Part shown: piece after piece, positions 1 to 12,000 of the stretch
Position numbering within the stretch: the first letter of the stretch is position 1
Layout of the letters: each line of letters begins with the position of its first letter
Assembly: GCA_963749495.1 (NCBI GenBank)
Contig: CAVVMW010000006.1
Coordinates: forward strand, 864,001-928,000
Reading direction: 5' to 3'
DNA from: an uncultured bacterium
Lineage (GTDB): Bacteria; Verrucomicrobiota; Verrucomicrobiia; Limisphaerales; UBA8199
DNA length: 64,000 nt
Notes under the pieces: model-generated
What the model saw: only the letters and a program-made list of their open reading frames with translations
What the model was told of the DNA's origin: nothing
The model's database searches: none
Program-made: the position numbers and the translations under genes

Positions 1-1560
1 CGGCATTTCCGTGGCGTTTGATGTGCTCGAGGGCGGGGGAGCAGCCCGCCGGCGGACGGCTTCAGCTTCAATTGGGCGGCGGGCCTGCCGGACGGCGTCG
101 TTGGCAGCGCGGAAGCCGGAACGGGCAACGGCGTCTCACTCTGCTTCCGCATCTATGTGGGCAACGGCAATGCGGACAATCCGCCCTCGCCTTACATCGG
201 CATCAAGTACAACGGCGCGTTTGTCGCCTCGACCCAAATCCCCGCCGTCCAGCTCGACACCGGTTCGGGTTACCGCACGATGCTCTTCCGGGTTGACCCG
301 GACGGCAAGGCCTACCTGGCCTATGGCGAGCGGGTCCTTTACAACGGGCTGCAACTGCCCAACTTCACCTTCATCGCCAACAGCAAGTTCGGCCTTTACG
401 GGCGCACAGGCGGTGCGGACGAGAACCAGTGGTTCGACAATATCCGCATCCAGGCGACCAAGAGCAGCGGGCCGTTGTCCGTCGCCACGCAGCCTGCGGA
501 TGCGACCGTCATCGCCGGCAAGCAGGCCACGTTCACCGTCGGCTTGAGCGATCCCAATGGCGCCAGCTATCAATGGTACAAGAACAACACCGCCATCGGC
601 GGCGCCAACGCCTTGTCTTACACCACGCCGCCGACGGCGCTCACGGATAATGGCGCCCTGTTCAAGGTCGTGGCCACCGGCCCGGGCGGCACGGCCACCA
701 GCAGCAATGCCCTCCTGACGGTCGTTGCGCCCATCACCATCACCAACCCGATCGTCACCTATGACTTCAGCGATGGCGTGGTTCCAGACGGGACCACGCT
801 CAACGGCGGCGGCGGCGGCGGCTATATTACCCCAGGCGTCCTGCACATGACCGATGCCGTCAACAGCGAGGGCGGAACCTTCATCATCCCCGATTTGAAC
901 TCCAATGAAACGGTCAATGCCTTCACGGTGTATTTCTCGGTGAGGATTGGCGGCGGCACGGTGCCCCCGGCCGACGGCGTTAGCCTCTCGTTCGCCAGTT
1001 CAAACGATGTCCCGGCCAATGTCGTGGTGAGCGAGGGCGGCATCGGCACCGGCCTCATCGTCATTTTCGATTTGTATAATGGCGCCAATCCCTACTTCGG
1101 CATCACCTATAACGGAACGCCTCTCGTGGTCGACTACGTCCCCTATGCCGCGATGGAGACTGGCGACAACTACGCCGACACGTTCATTCGGCTCAACGCC
1201 AACGGGACGGTCAATGTCCAGTTCAATGGCAACGTGCTCTTCAACCAGGTTCCTCTGCCGGGCTACAGCGCCGCCGCCGGCAATGAGTTTGTCTTCGGCG
1301 CCCGCACGGGCGGACTCAACGAGAACCAATGGATAAACAAGATCGAGATCGCCACGACCACCGGCCTGGCGCCGGTGCCCATCAGCTTCAGCGCCGGGCC
1401 GACAGGCCTGCGGCTCACCTGGAGCGGTCAGGGGTTCAAGCTCCAATCCACCGGCAGCCTCAAACCGCCGATCCAATGGACCGACGTGCCCAGTGCCTCC
1501 TCGCCCTTCACGGCGCCGTTGACCGGCTCCGCGCAATTCTATCGCCTGGCGCCGCAATGA
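1..1560 (+). CDS. C-terminal part of a large secreted protein with L-type lectin/ConA-like domains, an Ig-like domain and a C-terminal FYRL domain; 5' truncated by the window, frameshift near nt 40
   Basis: Two PADG(F/V)S..F motifs with GARTGG.(D/N)ENQW; Ig-like signature QPADATV..G..ATF.V...YQWYKN...DNGA.F.V; frame 2 at nt 2-45 joins the 157..1560 frame. Confidence 0.75.
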
Positions 1561-1581
1561 GCGCCGGCTCGGCGAAGCGGT

Positions 1582-1606
1582 TCACGGGGTTCCCAGCCCC
1601 GTGAAT
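1582..1606. terminator. Stem-loop after the first CDS, possible terminator
   Basis: ttcacgggg-N7-ccccgtgaa; no clear U-tract. Confidence 0.35.
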
Positions 1607-1773
1607 CCGTCACATCCGGGCACGGCTCCCGCGCTTTGGCGTTCGGCCTGTCCTTCCACGACGCCCTGCGACAGATCGCCGTTCAATAAAACGGCAAACT
1701 CCTGCCCAGGAGGGCCCGTATAGCCAAGGGCAAGGGCCGCGGGAGGGCACCGCGCAGGCCGCCCCCGGGTTTT

Positions 1774-1927
1774 GTCCCGGAGGGACATTTGAGAATAGCC
1801 CAACGTTTCAACGTTGGGATGCGGGCGAACATGCGCAAAGTCCCGAAGGGACGGCTGAAATCCTCCGGCGACTCAGATGTCCCTTCGGGACTCGGAGTGC
1901 CTGCGCATCCAACCCAACGTTGAAACG
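1774..1927. repeat. REP-like palindrome cluster
   Basis: gtcccggagggac, cccaacgtttcaacgttggg, gtcccgaagggac and gtcccttcgggac hairpins; the last hairpin is cut by the MITE at 1928. Confidence 0.7.
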
Positions 1928-2303
1928 CTTGTCTTGACCCACATCCTCACGTGCCCTCATGGAGCGGGTCTGATGGCCCTCAAGGATCTCCGAAGCACGT
2001 TTCTCATCCCGGAGGGATGCCAGAAGGTAGCCGGGGTCGAAGCGTAGCGAGACCCCCGGCGCCCCGACGGCAAGGGATTGCATCCCAGAGGGATGCCAGA
2101 AGGCGCCCACCGCCCACGTGTGCTCTTCTGGCACCCCGCCGGGGTGCAGGGCCACCAACGCCCTCAACCGGGGGTCGCCGCCGGACGGCGACCCCGGCTA
2201 CCTTCTGCCAACCCTCCGGGTTGGCCGGGCGTTGCCGCCGGTTGGTATGAAGGGCGCCTTTGGGGGCTAAAAGTGGCCGGCTCATCAGGCATTTCTCCCG
2301 CCT
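1928..2303 (+). mobile_element. MITE-like element carrying a REP doublet; right end lost; homologous to 61109..61539
   Basis: Long near-identity to 61109-61490; left end cttgtcttgacccacatc matches that element's terminal inverted repeat. Confidence 0.7.
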
Positions 2304-2313
2304 GGCGTGGTCG

Positions 2314-2865
2314 TTAACGGAGAAACTTGCCGACGAAGGGCGAGGTCTCGCCGCGCCTCAGGAAATGGCCGGAAGGACCTTCGCCCAGAAACTCGGCGAA
2401 CCACGATTCATGCTCGATCTCTTCGTTGAGGATGGCTTGAGCCAGGTCGTAGGTGCGATGGTCCTTGCCGGCAGTCAGGTTGCAGATGTGCGTGTAGCCC
2501 TGCACCGCGCAACGTTCCGCGCCCACCAAAACCTTGAGCATGGCCGTGATGTCCTTTGGGTCGGCCGGCAATCTGGCCGGCGGACAGGCCGAGGCATCAT
2601 GAAAGACTTTCATGTCGTCCGGCAATTTGCCGCCCAGCTCGTAGATGCGAGGAACCAGGGCTTCGAAGTGGTTCCGGTCTTCGATGCGGGCAGTCTCCGT
2701 GATTTCCTTGAGGCCTTCGCCTTCCAAACCAATCAGGTTCACACGCAGGATTGTGTAGTAATAGAACGTGGTGAGTTCGGCCGCGGCGTTCCGGACCAGC
2801 AACTCCACCAACTGTTCAACGTTGATGCCTGCCTTCTCCACTAACTGTCGGGCAACTTTCGCCAT
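2314..2865 (-). CDS. dps: Dps-like (DPSL) ferritin-superfamily protein
   Basis: AAAELTTFYYYTILR...EDRNHFEALVPRIYELGG...SACPP...AERCA...EEIEHESWF, typical of archaeal/Bacteroides DPSL. Confidence 0.85.
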   Translation of the reverse strand: MAKVARQLVEKAGINVEQLVELLVRNAAAELTTFYYYTILRVNLIGLEGEGLKEITETARIEDRNHFEALVPRIYELGGKLPDDMKVFHDASACPPARLPADPKDITAMLKVLVGAERCAVQGYTHICNLTAGKDHRTYDLAQAILNEEIEHESWFAEFLGEGPSGHFLRRGETSPFVGKFLR

Positions 2866-3082
2866 AGTGTTTTCCTTTCCCATGGTCCAAGAGATTGCGG
2901 CGGGACGGTTCACTCCGCAATGCCCTTCCTGGCATAGTTGGTCTTCCCGCGCAACTCGAGGCTCGGCTTCATTATAGCTGCGCCAGCGAGCCCTTTCAAG
3001 CCGTTAAAGTTGAAAAGATAATTGCTCGGTGCTTGAGCGCCCACCCGGGCAAACAGGCTCCAGGTGACCGACAGGCTTTATC

Positions 3083-3181
3083 TCCCGGCCCAAGGGGCCG
3101 CCAGAGCCCAGCCCAGGGCTGAGGCCGTCAGGCCGATGCCCTGGGTACAGGGCCAGCGAAATCAATCGCGCCCTGAAAGGG
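3083..3181. repeat. Left half of a REP doublet split by the IS4 insertion
   Basis: cccagggctgaggccgtcaggccgatgccctggg is the reverse complement of the copy at ~5132-5165. Confidence 0.75.
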
Positions 3182-3190
3182 GAATGGCAC

Positions 3191-3541
3191 TTACTTAGTG
3201 CCTAAAACTTTGGCGCTTAGGCGCTTGCGTCGATGGGGATGAGGTGCCCTCTGGAAGATAATCTTGCGGGACAGCCGCTCCATGTCACGCAACAGCCCCC
3301 GCACCTGTCGGTAGTGGTTAACCGCTTGGCGCATCTGCTCGAACTCCTCCTGGGTTAGTGAGACGGTGATCGTCTTCTGCGCGACTTTGCGCGTCCACTG
3401 GTAACCGGTACCTCCGCCCGAGCGCCGCGTGCGGTCCTGCACCGAGCCCTGGCTGAGGTAGCCTATTTGGCTCAAACGGCGTCGCAATTGCTCGTATTGC
3501 CGGTCCCAGGAGGCGGTGCCCTCATACAGATTTTTGTTCAT
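3191..3541 (-). CDS. Small basic IS-associated accessory protein (DUF6788-like)
   Basis: 116 aa; G.L.QGSV...YQWTRKV..KTITVSL motif; stop codon lies inside the left inverted repeat. Confidence 0.65.
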   Translation of the reverse strand: MNKNLYEGTASWDRQYEQLRRRLSQIGYLSQGSVQDRTRRSGGGTGYQWTRKVAQKTITVSLTQEEFEQMRQAVNHYRQVRGLLRDMERLSRKIIFQRAPHPHRRKRLSAKVLGTK

Positions 3542-3573
3542 CGGCCTCAATTTTAGCTTGCCGGTCAAGCATA

Positions 3574-3593
3574 GTCCAGTATATATACTGGAC
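3574..3593. promoter_or_regulatory. Perfect 20-bp palindrome between the divergent IS genes, candidate operator
   Basis: gtccagtata|tatactggac ends immediately before the transposase ATG at 3594. Confidence 0.6.
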
Positions 3594-5060
3594 ATGCACA
3601 CGCCCTTTTTCCCACCCTGGCGCTCTCGCCTGGCCCGCTTGGGTTCCCGCACCGCCCACGCCTGCCGCCAGGTCCGCGCCTATACCCTCTGCCAACTGGA
3701 AAAGTGCTTCTCCTCCTCGGTACCCCAGGAGTGCTTTCCCAAGGCCAAGGCCTCCGCCCACAAAAACTGCCGCGACCGCGACTACACCCGCTGGCGCACC
3801 TTCTGGTGCATGGTCTGGCAAGCCCTCAACCCCGACGCCTCCGGGCGCGAGGTCGTGCGCCAACTCCAGGCCCTCTTCCTCTTGGAAGACGGCCCCCAGA
3901 TCTCCCCCGAGGACGGCGCCTACTGCCGCGCCAAGGCCCGCCTGCCGCTCAGGCAATTCCCCAAGGTTTTGGCCGCCACCGCCCGGGCCGCCGACAAGCA
4001 AGTCCCGGCCCTGACTCAACTCCAAGGCCGGCCCCTCAAGGCCGCCGACGGCTCGGCCCTCACGCTGGCCGACACGCGCAAAAACCGAAGGGCGTATCCC
4101 CCTCTGCAGTGCGCCGACAAACCCAGCTTCCCCAAGATGCGCATCGTCGTGCTCTTTTCCATGCTCAGCGGCGCGATCCTGGCCATGGCCCAAGGCAGCT
4201 TGGCGCTCTCCGAACTGTCGTTGTTGACGCTGCTCAGCAGCCAATTGGTGGCCGGGGATATCCTGGTGGCAGACCGCGGCTTCGGTTTTTACGCGGTCCT
4301 CGCCTGGCTCAAGCACCTTCTGAACGTGGACTTCATCGGGCGGTCCACGCGCCGGCTCGATGGGCGAAGGCGCCTCCGCCGCTTGGGCAGAAACGACTGG
4401 CTCTTCGTGTGGGGAAAACCCCAGCGCCGGGCTCCCTGGCTGACGCTGCTCCAATGGATTGGCTTGCCCAGCCAGTTGACGGTGCGCGTGGTCAAGGGCA
4501 GTTGCTATCAGAAAGGCTTCCGCGTACGCCAGGTCAAACTGGTGACCACGCTCTTGGACCCAGAACTCTACCCCGCCGAACAGATCCTCCGCGCTTACTT
4601 GCGGCGGTGGCGCCTGGAGATGTGCCTGGATGACCTGAAAACCACTCTGGAAATGGAGACCCTCCGCGGGCGCAGCCCGAACATGGTTCGCAAAGAGGCC
4701 TACACGCGCCTCATCGCCCACAATCTCATCCGTGGCACCATGGCTCAGGCCGCCACCGAACATGAGGTGCCCCTGGAGCGCATCAGCTTCAAAGGCTCGC
4801 TGGACGCAATCCGGCACTTTACCCAGGCCATGGCCCAAGCCCGCTCCAAAAAGAAACGCCGCCAACTGTGGTCCGATCTGCTCGAAACGCTAGCCGCCGA
4901 TTTGGTCCCCGAGCGGCCAAACCGACGCGAGCCGCGCGCCGTCAAACGCAAGAAAAACAAATACCCGCGGCTCAACGCACCCCGCCGCAGGTTCCGCGAT
5001 CATCTCAAACGTCACACGCGCCGCACCAGGGCCCGTTTGCGCAAGCTCGGTCTTATGTAA
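3594..5060 (+). CDS. IS4-family DDE transposase
   Basis: A(A)DGS, VADRGF and YLRRWRLE...DDLK (Y-2-R-3-E-6-K) motifs. Confidence 0.92.
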   Translation: MHTPFFPPWRSRLARLGSRTAHACRQVRAYTLCQLEKCFSSSVPQECFPKAKASAHKNCRDRDYTRWRTFWCMVWQALNPDASGREVVRQLQALFLLEDGPQISPEDGAYCRAKARLPLRQFPKVLAATARAADKQVPALTQLQGRPLKAADGSALTLADTRKNRRAYPPLQCADKPSFPKMRIVVLFSMLSGAILAMAQGSLALSELSLLTLLSSQLVAGDILVADRGFGFYAVLAWLKHLLNVDFIGRSTRRLDGRRRLRRLGRNDWLFVWGKPQRRAPWLTLLQWIGLPSQLTVRVVKGSCYQKGFRVRQVKLVTTLLDPELYPAEQILRAYLRRWRLEMCLDDLKTTLEMETLRGRSPNMVRKEAYTRLIAHNLIRGTMAQAATEHEVPLERISFKGSLDAIRHFTQAMAQARSKKKRRQLWSDLLETLAADLVPERPNRREPRAVKRKKNKYPRLNAPRRRFRDHLKRHTRRTRARLRKLGLM

Positions 5061-5069
5061 GCGCCATTC

Positions 5070-5192
5070 CCCTGAAAGGGCGCAAGACTCTGGCGCCCCT
5101 TCAGGGCGCGGGGTCCGCCTCTGCAACGAAACCCAGGGCATCGGCCTGACGGCCTCAGCCCTGGGCTAGGCTCTAGCGGCCCTTCGGGCCGC
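5070..5192. repeat. Right half of the REP doublet flanking the IS4
   Basis: ccctgaaagggcgc, gcgccccttcagggcgc, cccagggcatcggcctgacggcctcagccctggg. Confidence 0.75.
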
Positions 5193-5287
5193 GACGAGGC
5201 GCACGGCGGTATTGGCCGGCCAAGAGGTCGGTCACCCTGGAACACCTGACCCGCCCTGCGGTTGTTCTTGTCCGTCATCGGGCAGCA

Positions 5288-8200
5288 TTGTATCTTGACC
5301 TTGTGTTGCAGTGTCCCGTTGCAAGGTTAAGTCTGGAGGTGCTCCTTGGCTGGGTGGTGCTGTCTCTGGCGCTGGCCGGCGCGCGCGCCGCGCTGGTGCT
5401 CACCGTGCAACCGGCGGGCAACAGCGGTTTCGATGTGTACGCCGACGGAGTGCTGGCTGCGCCCATCCGGTTGGCGGCCAACGGGGCCATCGTGGCCGGC
5501 CAGGTCCAGACCAATGCCTCGGGCATTGTCCTTTCCGGCCTTCGGGCCAAAGACCCGCAAGCGGTGAGCTTCGCGCCGGGCGACTTTGTGAGCGTGACCC
5601 TGCCCGGGGCCAACGCACCCAATGTGCCGGCGGTCTGGGAACCGGTGGTGCAGTTCCGCCTGACGGTGCAAACGTTCAACACGAACCGATGGCTGGGATT
5701 GTTCCCGAGCGGCCCGGCCCCGTTTCACTTTTTGATTTGCTCGATGCCGGGGGCCAAGGTTTGGCACCAACTGGGATGGCTCAATGCCACGCCTTTGGCC
5801 GACCCGTTCCCGCTCCTGCAGGACGCACACGACGGCTCGCCCGAGCTCTCCTGTCTGTGGAACCGCAACTGGAGTTACATCTGCCCGGTGGGCGGGCACC
5901 CGATACCGATGATCGGCTTGTGGGACCCGGCGGCGAGCCTCTACGTGGGCTATGATTTCCAGGGCGCCCGAGTCGCCGACGGCTCGGAACGTTACGTGGC
6001 CACGACCTATTGCTGGCAGCAGGACACCAGTGCGAATTTCGTCACGCTGGCCTATCCATACGGCGGGGTCCGCTTTGGCCAGCAGGCCTATCCCGCAGGC
6101 GGAGAAGTGCTGGCTTCGTGGTTCAACCTGGAAATCGACAACCAATTGCCGGACACCGAGGACCCCAATGAGCGGTTTCAGGAGCGGCTGTTCGCGCGCT
6201 ACACCAATTCGCTGCCGGCGGTGCCGGCGCTGAACGACCTGGGGTGGATTCCGGGTTATGCTCACTCGGCGGATTTCCCACAGGCCCCCGGCCTGACGCT
6301 TTACAGCAGCGGCGACGGGCCGCCGTACCGCCCGACCAACAGCGTGGTGCTTCGCGGCTGGACGGGCCACCGCGAGATGCCGGTGGAGAGCGCGGTGGAC
6401 CACGGGAATTGGGGCGCCATCGCCGGCGCGCGCGCGCAATTGGATACCCTGCTCACCAACTACGGCAAGGTCTTCACCGCGGGCGGCGAGACGTGTCTCT
6501 ATTGGGACAAGCCGCTGGTTGGTTCCTGGAACGCGAATTGGGGCGGCGGCGCGGTCACCACCCTGCACAATTCCGAGGGGTGGTACGCCGCGCGCGTGCT
6601 CGTGGAACTCTATCGCTATGACCTGCGGCAAGGCATTCGGGACACCAACTATCTCCAGGCCATCGAACGGGCTCTTCAACTGGGCCAAGCATTTCGTCTG
6701 GAGCCGGAATGAATTCGATGATGTGCCGTCGTCTCCCTTTGCCATCGGCTCGACGCTCTGCTGCGCGTTTCTGCTGGATTACTATTTCACCTTCAAGGAC
6801 GACCCGGCGCGCGGGGCCAATGCGGCGCTGGCGCTGCGCCTGGCCGGCAACGTCACCTGGCGCTACCTCCAGTGCTGGGCCATGGATTCGGATCGCGCCG
6901 ATGGCATTGACGGGGCCTTCCTGGCCGAACCGAACAGCGGGCGCGATTGGGCGGCGTTGGGCTGCGCCAACGAAGTGAACTGGAATATTGACGCCCTCAC
7001 GCAGGTCTATGTCCATACCGGCGATGCGCGAATGCGCTATTATTTGCGCGGGATGCTCCAGCGCTGGCCGGCCCTTTACCGGCCCATTTACGAGCCCTCC
7101 ATCGCCCAATACGGGAGCGATGCGCTGACCGAAGGCTATGGGTTGTTTGATGGCGCCGGGCCGGGCCGCGGCAACCGCTACGATTACGGTTTCACCGAGC
7201 CGCTCCCGCTCAATGAACCCATTGGCGCCTCGAGCCTGCGCGTCGTAGCCGGCGCCCGCGCCTGCATCGGGTTTGGCAACAGCAGCACCAGCCGCGATGT
7301 GGCCGACTACCGCACCGACGGCAACGGCAACTGCTCCTTGCGCATCGTCTCGGCCACCGCCGCGCCATTCGATGCCAGCTTCTCTTATCCGTTCGTGGAT
7401 ATCTCGCGCCTGCCGGTGACCCGGCAGCGCGGGACTCAACTCATCACGCTGGGCTCCAACCTGCTCCGGCACCCGGCGCAGTCTCCCAGTTCGCTCTATT
7501 TCGTGCAGGTCATGAACGGCGACCTCCTCACCGTGGGCACGCTGCCAACCAATGCGCCGGTGGTTCCATCGGCCACACCGCTGGCCTATGACGATTCGGA
7601 CGTTGGGCCCCGAACCAACGGTTTCTTCATCTCCGCGCCGCTGGCAGGGGATTATCTTCTGCCGCAAGACTGGGGCGATCCACACTCGTTGGCGGGGTTG
7701 GTTGCCGGCCAGCACTGGTTTTTTGGGGTGCCCTATCGGCAGGGGCTGCGCGCCGCGACCAACCTGGCGGCCGCCAGCGCCCCAGGGGCCTGCGCTGCTG
7801 TGATAGCGTATTCGCCGCCCGAAGCCCAAACCTTGACTGCGGCCCCGAAGCTGGTGCTCGATGATGGCACTGCGATGTCATTGAGCGGGCAGCCGGTCAT
7901 GGCCTGGCGCGGGTGGCCGATGCTCTTTAACCGCATGGTGCTCCTGGACTACGGCCTTGTCCCGCCCGGACACTCCGTCCGGCAAGTGGACCCTGCCGGC
8001 ACTTTGGCCATGGGCCTGACCGCCTTCACGGGGACCCAAAGCGCCTGGCAACCGGTGCAAACCGCTCTGTCCAATGCCGCCGCAGCCTTTGCCCTGGAGG
8101 AGCGCCAGCGCCAGATGCTCCTGGCGTTCCAGACCAACTTTAGCGGGTTGCCGGCTGGCAAGATGGCCCTCCTGCCGCTCAGCACGGAGGGCGCCGCCGC

Positions 8201-9083
8201 CAACTTTGCCGCCCTCACCGGTCTGAATCTCAAGTGGCGCGCCCTGACTGAAGCCGAATTGGTGGACGGGGTAACCTTTACCGCCGCGCGCTTTCCCCTG
8301 GCCTTTTACCTGGGCGGCGAGAACTACGTCAAAACCGTCGTCGCGCAGGCCGATGCCAAGGGCGCGGTCACGCGCTACCTGGCAGGCGGGGGCACGCTCG
8401 TGCCGCTGGCGACGGGACCGTTTCCGTTTTATTACGGCTACGGCCCCAATGACCAGGCAGGCCCCCCGGACCCGCTGTTGCCCCAGTTGGGCTTGCCCCT
8501 CTACAATGCCTTCGAGCAAGCGCCCCCGAATTTGAGCATGGTGGTCTGCACCAACCAAAGCCTGCTGCACTCGGCGCCCTCGGTTTTCCCGTTTCCGCCG
8601 GGCGACCCGCGCCTCCGCTCGGTGGACCGCAGCCAGGTTTCCAGCGCCCATCGCTACGTGCCTTGGATTACAGTGACGAATCCCGCCGGGCTGAGCTACG
8701 GAGATGCCGCTTGCTTTATCGAATTGGGCTCCGGACCCGCCCAAGGCGGCAAGATCCTGTATATCTGGTCCACACTCCTCTCAGGTCCGCAGGGCCAGGC
8801 CCTGATGGCCGATGCGCTCAGTTGGATTCTCAATGCCACGTTCCGGCCCCCGGGCGCGCGCATCAACTCCATCCACCGGCAGGGCGCCAGTTCGCTCTCG
8901 CTCGGGTTCGATGCCCTGGCCAACCTGGATTACGAGCTTCAATACCGTGCCGGCCTTGGCCCCGCGGCCAATGGCTGGTCCCTGCTCCAGGAATTCGGCG
9001 CCGCGCCTGCGGACCGCTCGCTCCTGTCCACCAACTCGACCGCCGCCCAGTCCCGCTTCTTCCGGCTTTGGGTGAGACCCTGA
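5288..9083 (+). CDS. Large secreted hypothetical protein (possible glycoside-hydrolase-like toroid plus GATase-like region) with C-terminal RFFRL domain; frameshift near 6670
   Basis: Signal peptide in 5288..6712; protein-like text continues in the 6519..9083 frame (NYLQAI...GLFNWAKHFVWSRNEF); start codon uncertain. Confidence 0.65.
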
Positions 9084-9096
9084 TCCGCACGCCGCC

Positions 9097-12000
9097 ATGT
9101 CACGCGATGGCTCCAGTTCTGTCAATGCTCCGGGCTTCGGTTCAGGGCCTTTCCCGAAAGCTCTGATTCCATGCCTTTGTCGCAGCCTTTGTCGGCACCT
9201 TTGTCGAGAAATGGCCAGTCCGACAAAGGTTTCGACAAAGGCTGCGACAAAGGTCCTCCACTCGCGACGTTTTTGGGACAGGCTCTATTCAGGGCGGCGC
9301 GGACGAGGCGTCCGCGCTCCTATCCGGCTGCTGCCGCTGCTGCTGACTGCCTTGATGCTTTGCCCGGCCGCGGCTTGGGGCGGGGTCCTGATCTCGGAGT
9401 TCATGGCGATCAATCAGACGACGCTCGCCGACGAGGACGGGTCGTCTCCGGATTGGATTGAGCTTTACAACTCGGGCACCAACGCAGTGGATCTCGGCGG
9501 CTGGTATCTCTCCAACCAGGCAGCCACTCTTGCGCAATGGCGGCTTCCTTCGACAAACCTCGGGCCAAACGCCTTTCTGGTCGTCTTTGCGTCGGGCAAG
9601 GACCGCGCGGTGCCGGGCGCGCCGCTGCACACGAATTTCAAGTTGAAGAATTCGGGTGGCTACCTGGCGCTGGTCATGCCCGACGGCGTCACCAAGGCGA
9701 GCGAGATTGTCTCCTATCCGCCGCAATTCGCGGACATCTCGTATGGCTGCGTGATGACGCAGCTTGGAGCGGGCGATTGGGCAATCACCCAACCGCCAGT
9801 TTACCTCTATCCGCCGACGCCCGGCACCTGGAACAACAGCGTCGGCTCCGCGCGGGCGCCGATGCCAGTGACCTTCTGGCCGCCGGCAGGCGTTTATGCG
9901 AGCAACACACTCTGGGCCGCCCTGGCCGCTTTCGATTCGGATTCGATTCACTATACCCTGGACGGCTCGACCCCGGGCACCAATTCCCCCGTCTGCACCA
10001 ACGCCATCCGGTTTTCCACCGACGCGGTCATTCGGGCGCGGGCTTATCGGGATGGCCTGCCGAGCGAAGTCAGCGCCGCCAACTACATTCTGATTAGCCC
10101 CAGCCTGACCAACTTCAGCAGCAATTTGCCGCTGGTGGTCGTTGACACGCTGGGGCAGACGATACAGGACGTCTCGAAGATCGGCGCGTATGCGATTTTC
10201 ATCGAGACGAACGGCCCTGCCGGCCGCGCAACGCTATTGAGCCCCGGCGACTACGTGGGGCGGCTGGGCATTGGGCTGCACGGCAACTCCTCGCTGGGCT
10301 TCCCCAAGCTGCCCTACAAGATCGAACTGGATGGCGAAAACGGCCAACAGGTCAACCAGCAACTGCTCGGGCAGCCGCCGGGCAACAACTGGGTCCTGTA
10401 TCCGCCGTACTCCGACAAGACGTTCCTGAACAATTTCCTGAGCTTCGAGTGGTTCGAGCAGATGGGCCACTACAGCGTGCGCCGGCGCTATGTCGAACTG
10501 TTCTTGCGCAGCGCGCCGGGCCGGCTGACCTACGGCGATTACCTGGGCATCTATGTCCTGCTCGAGAAAATCCGGGTGAGCCCAAGCCGGGTGAACATCG
10601 CGAAACTGACGCCGTCGGACAACACGCCGCCCGCGGTGACTGGCGGCTATATCTTTGACAAGAACAGGATAAAGCCCGGCAAAGTGACCTTTACAACCTC
10701 CAGCGGCCAGGAGCTGATAGTGTATCGGCCCAAGACGCCCACGCAGCCCCAACACGAGTACCTGGCCGATTACGTGAACGCCTTCGAGGCGGTCCTCTAC
10801 GGCCCGAACTGGCGCGACCCGCTCTGCGGGTACGCGAGTTATATCGAGTCGGATTCCTTTGTGGATTTCCATTGGATCACCGAATTCACCAAGGACATTG
10901 ACGCCATCCGGCTCAAGAACTTCATGAGCAAGGACCGCAACGGGAAGATCCAGGCGGGACCGATCTGGGACTGGGACCTGAGTTTGGGAAACGCCAATTA
11001 CGCGGAGGGGGGAAAGACCAATGGATGGTACTACCCGCTGCTGAGCGATAGCGACAACCTGTGGCTGCGACAACTGCGCACCGACCCGGATTTCCATCAG
11101 AAGATCATCAACCGCTGGGGCACATTGCGGCTGGGCGTGTTGAACGTGACGAACATCTTTGCGCGCATCGATCAGCTCACCAATTATCTCTGGGAGGCCC
11201 AGGCCCGCGATTTCATCCGCTGGCCGCGCCTGGGCATTTATGTCTGGCCCAATCCCAACGGGGCAGCCGGCGGTTGGGACGTGGATTACGCAAGCCCCGC
11301 GACTTACGCCGGCATCATCGGCCAAATGGGAAAGTGGCTCCTGGGCCGTTATCTCTGGATTGACGGCCAATTCGTGCCCGCGCCCGCTTTGGCAACCAAC
11401 GGCGCGCTGCTTTCGATGAGCGCGCCCCTGGGTTCGGTGTATTACACCCTGGATGCCACCGACCCCCGCGCCGACGGCGGGGCGCTCAGCCCCTCCGCGC
11501 GCCTCTACAGCGGCACGGTAACGCTCACCAATAATGCCGGGATTTTCGCCCGCGCCTTTTGCACCAATGCCTGGAGCCTCCCGCCCGGGCCCTCTATCTG
11601 GAGGCGATGCCCTCGCTGCGCATCACCGAAATCATGTATCATCCCGCCCCGCCACCGGCCAACAGCCCCTTTGCGGCTGCAGACTTTGAGTTCGTCGAGA
11701 TCCAAAACACCGGGACCAATACTATCAACCTGGCCGGGGCGCGCCTGAGCGGCCCTATCAATTTCACATTCGCCCCGAGCCAGTTGACGCCGTCGGGCGC
11801 CGACGCCACCAACGATTTCGAGGGCGGTCCCAATGCAACCAGATTCGTGGCCTCCACCTTGGGCAGCCCGCCAGGACCCTATCTGACCAACGACGGCCCC
11901 TCCGGCGCTCTGCTCTGCCTGCTCAACAGCAGCACCAATCCCGCCCGAAATCGCCTCGCCTTCAACCAGACCGGCGCCGGCAGTTGTGACCGGGTCATCG

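Larger units (their letters stand above)
3182..5069 (+). mobile_element. IS4-family insertion sequence with two divergent genes
   Basis: Terminal inverted repeats gaatggcacttac / gtaagcgccattc (1 mismatch); 11-bp direct repeat ccctgaaaggg at 3171-3181 and 5070-5080. Confidence 0.9.
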
